From an uncultured delta proteobacterium (GTDB lineage Bacteria; Desulfobacterota; Binatia; UBA9968), in contig CAWJZV010000041.1 in NCBI GenBank assembly GCA_963847445.1, positions 32,001 to 96,000 on the forward strand: a stretch of DNA of 64,000 bases. The letters are read 5' to 3'. The notes beneath the pieces were generated by a model. The model was not told where the DNA came from and searched no databases. It worked only from the letters and a program-made list of their open reading frames with translations. Both the position numbers and the translations under genes were made by a program. Shown here piece after piece: positions 63,568-64,000 of the stretch (its first letter is position 1; every line of letters begins with the position of its first letter).

Positions 63568-63660
63568 TTTCACGCCAAGGAGGAACGGGTTTGTTCACCA
63601 CGAAGTCACGAAGGACACGAAGGGATGCAAGGGAAGGGCGGGTTGCAAACCCGCCCCTGC
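63568..63660. repeat. CACGAAG array plus REP-like palindrome
   Basis: TTCACCACGAAGTCACGAAGGACACGAAG; AAGGGCGGGTTGCAAACCCGCCCCTGC. Confidence 0.75.
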
Positions 63661-63748
63661 GAAACATCGTGTCTCTTGGTATCCTTCCCAGTGAATACTC
63701 GTTCACACTAGGACCCTTACTTTAGAGGCGAGCATGGATCGTCAGCCA

Positions 63749-64000
63749 TCATCGTGCGCTCGCATGATGCCCCTGCTGGTAGTGCAAGCGCAACAGGTCC
63801 TTGCCGTAGTCGTTGCCGTTGGGTGTGCGCAGGATGACATGGATATGATCTTTGTACGGCTTAGCGCGTTCGCGAAAGGCGATGCCGCGTTGGTGGTCGA
63901 ATTCGACGATGATCACCGGACTCTGGACGCGATAGTAAAAGACGCCGTCGTCAGAGCCGCCGCCCATCCAGCAAAAGTAGGTGTCGTTCAAATGGCGCCT
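63749..64000 (-). CDS. DUF3500 domain protein, C-terminal part (starts beyond the window)
   Basis: TYFCWMGG...FYYRVQSPVIIVEFDHQ...HIH..LRTPNGNDYG. Confidence 0.8.
   Translation of the reverse strand, partial: RRHLNDTYFCWMGGGSDDGVFYYRVQSPVIIVEFDHQRGIAFRERAKPYKDHIHVILRTPNGNDYGKDLLRLHYQQGHHASAR

Noticed and set aside
49556-63660. CRISPR array interpretation of the intergenic repeats
   Set aside because: Units are 7-9 nt or isolated palindromes with no regular repeat-spacer period, and no cas genes are present.

Overview
About 60% GC bacterial chromosome segment. The gene repertoire (many NMT1/THI5-like solute-binding proteins, Rieske oxygenases, UbiD, sigma54 activators) suggests a deltaproteobacterial lineage such as Candidatus Binatia (inference). 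Many genes, including housekeeping ones (proC, mscL, mazG), are split by single-base indels, most likely long-read consensus errors, so I rejoined them by hand. Layout: 1-17 kb envelope and metabolic genes (hydrolase, a JAB peptidase missing from the ORF track, SLT, UbiD, membrane spermidine-synthase-like TPR protein, proC, YdbH/YdbL-like, mscL, OmpA, glycerate kinase). 17.5-26.6 kb intact core block (gluQ-dksA-rimO-lolA-ftsK-rnj-plsC, ssb). 26.7-31 kb sigma54 GAF-PAS activator with a readable UAS/IHF/-24-12 promoter ahead of a diiron protein and an ACAD-fold protein. 31-32.9 kb decayed low-GC insertion at the 3' end of a 2-hydroxyacid dehydrogenase gene. 33-44.6 kb mazG, hydrolases, aguBA, rmuC and a GlrK/QseG/GlrR-like three-component system followed by a coiled-coil OmpA lipoprotein. 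44.8-64 kb accessory catabolic/transport region whose intergenic spaces hold mosaics of REP-like palindromes and 7-9-mer inverted repeat arrays. No rRNA, tRNA or CRISPR array was seen.
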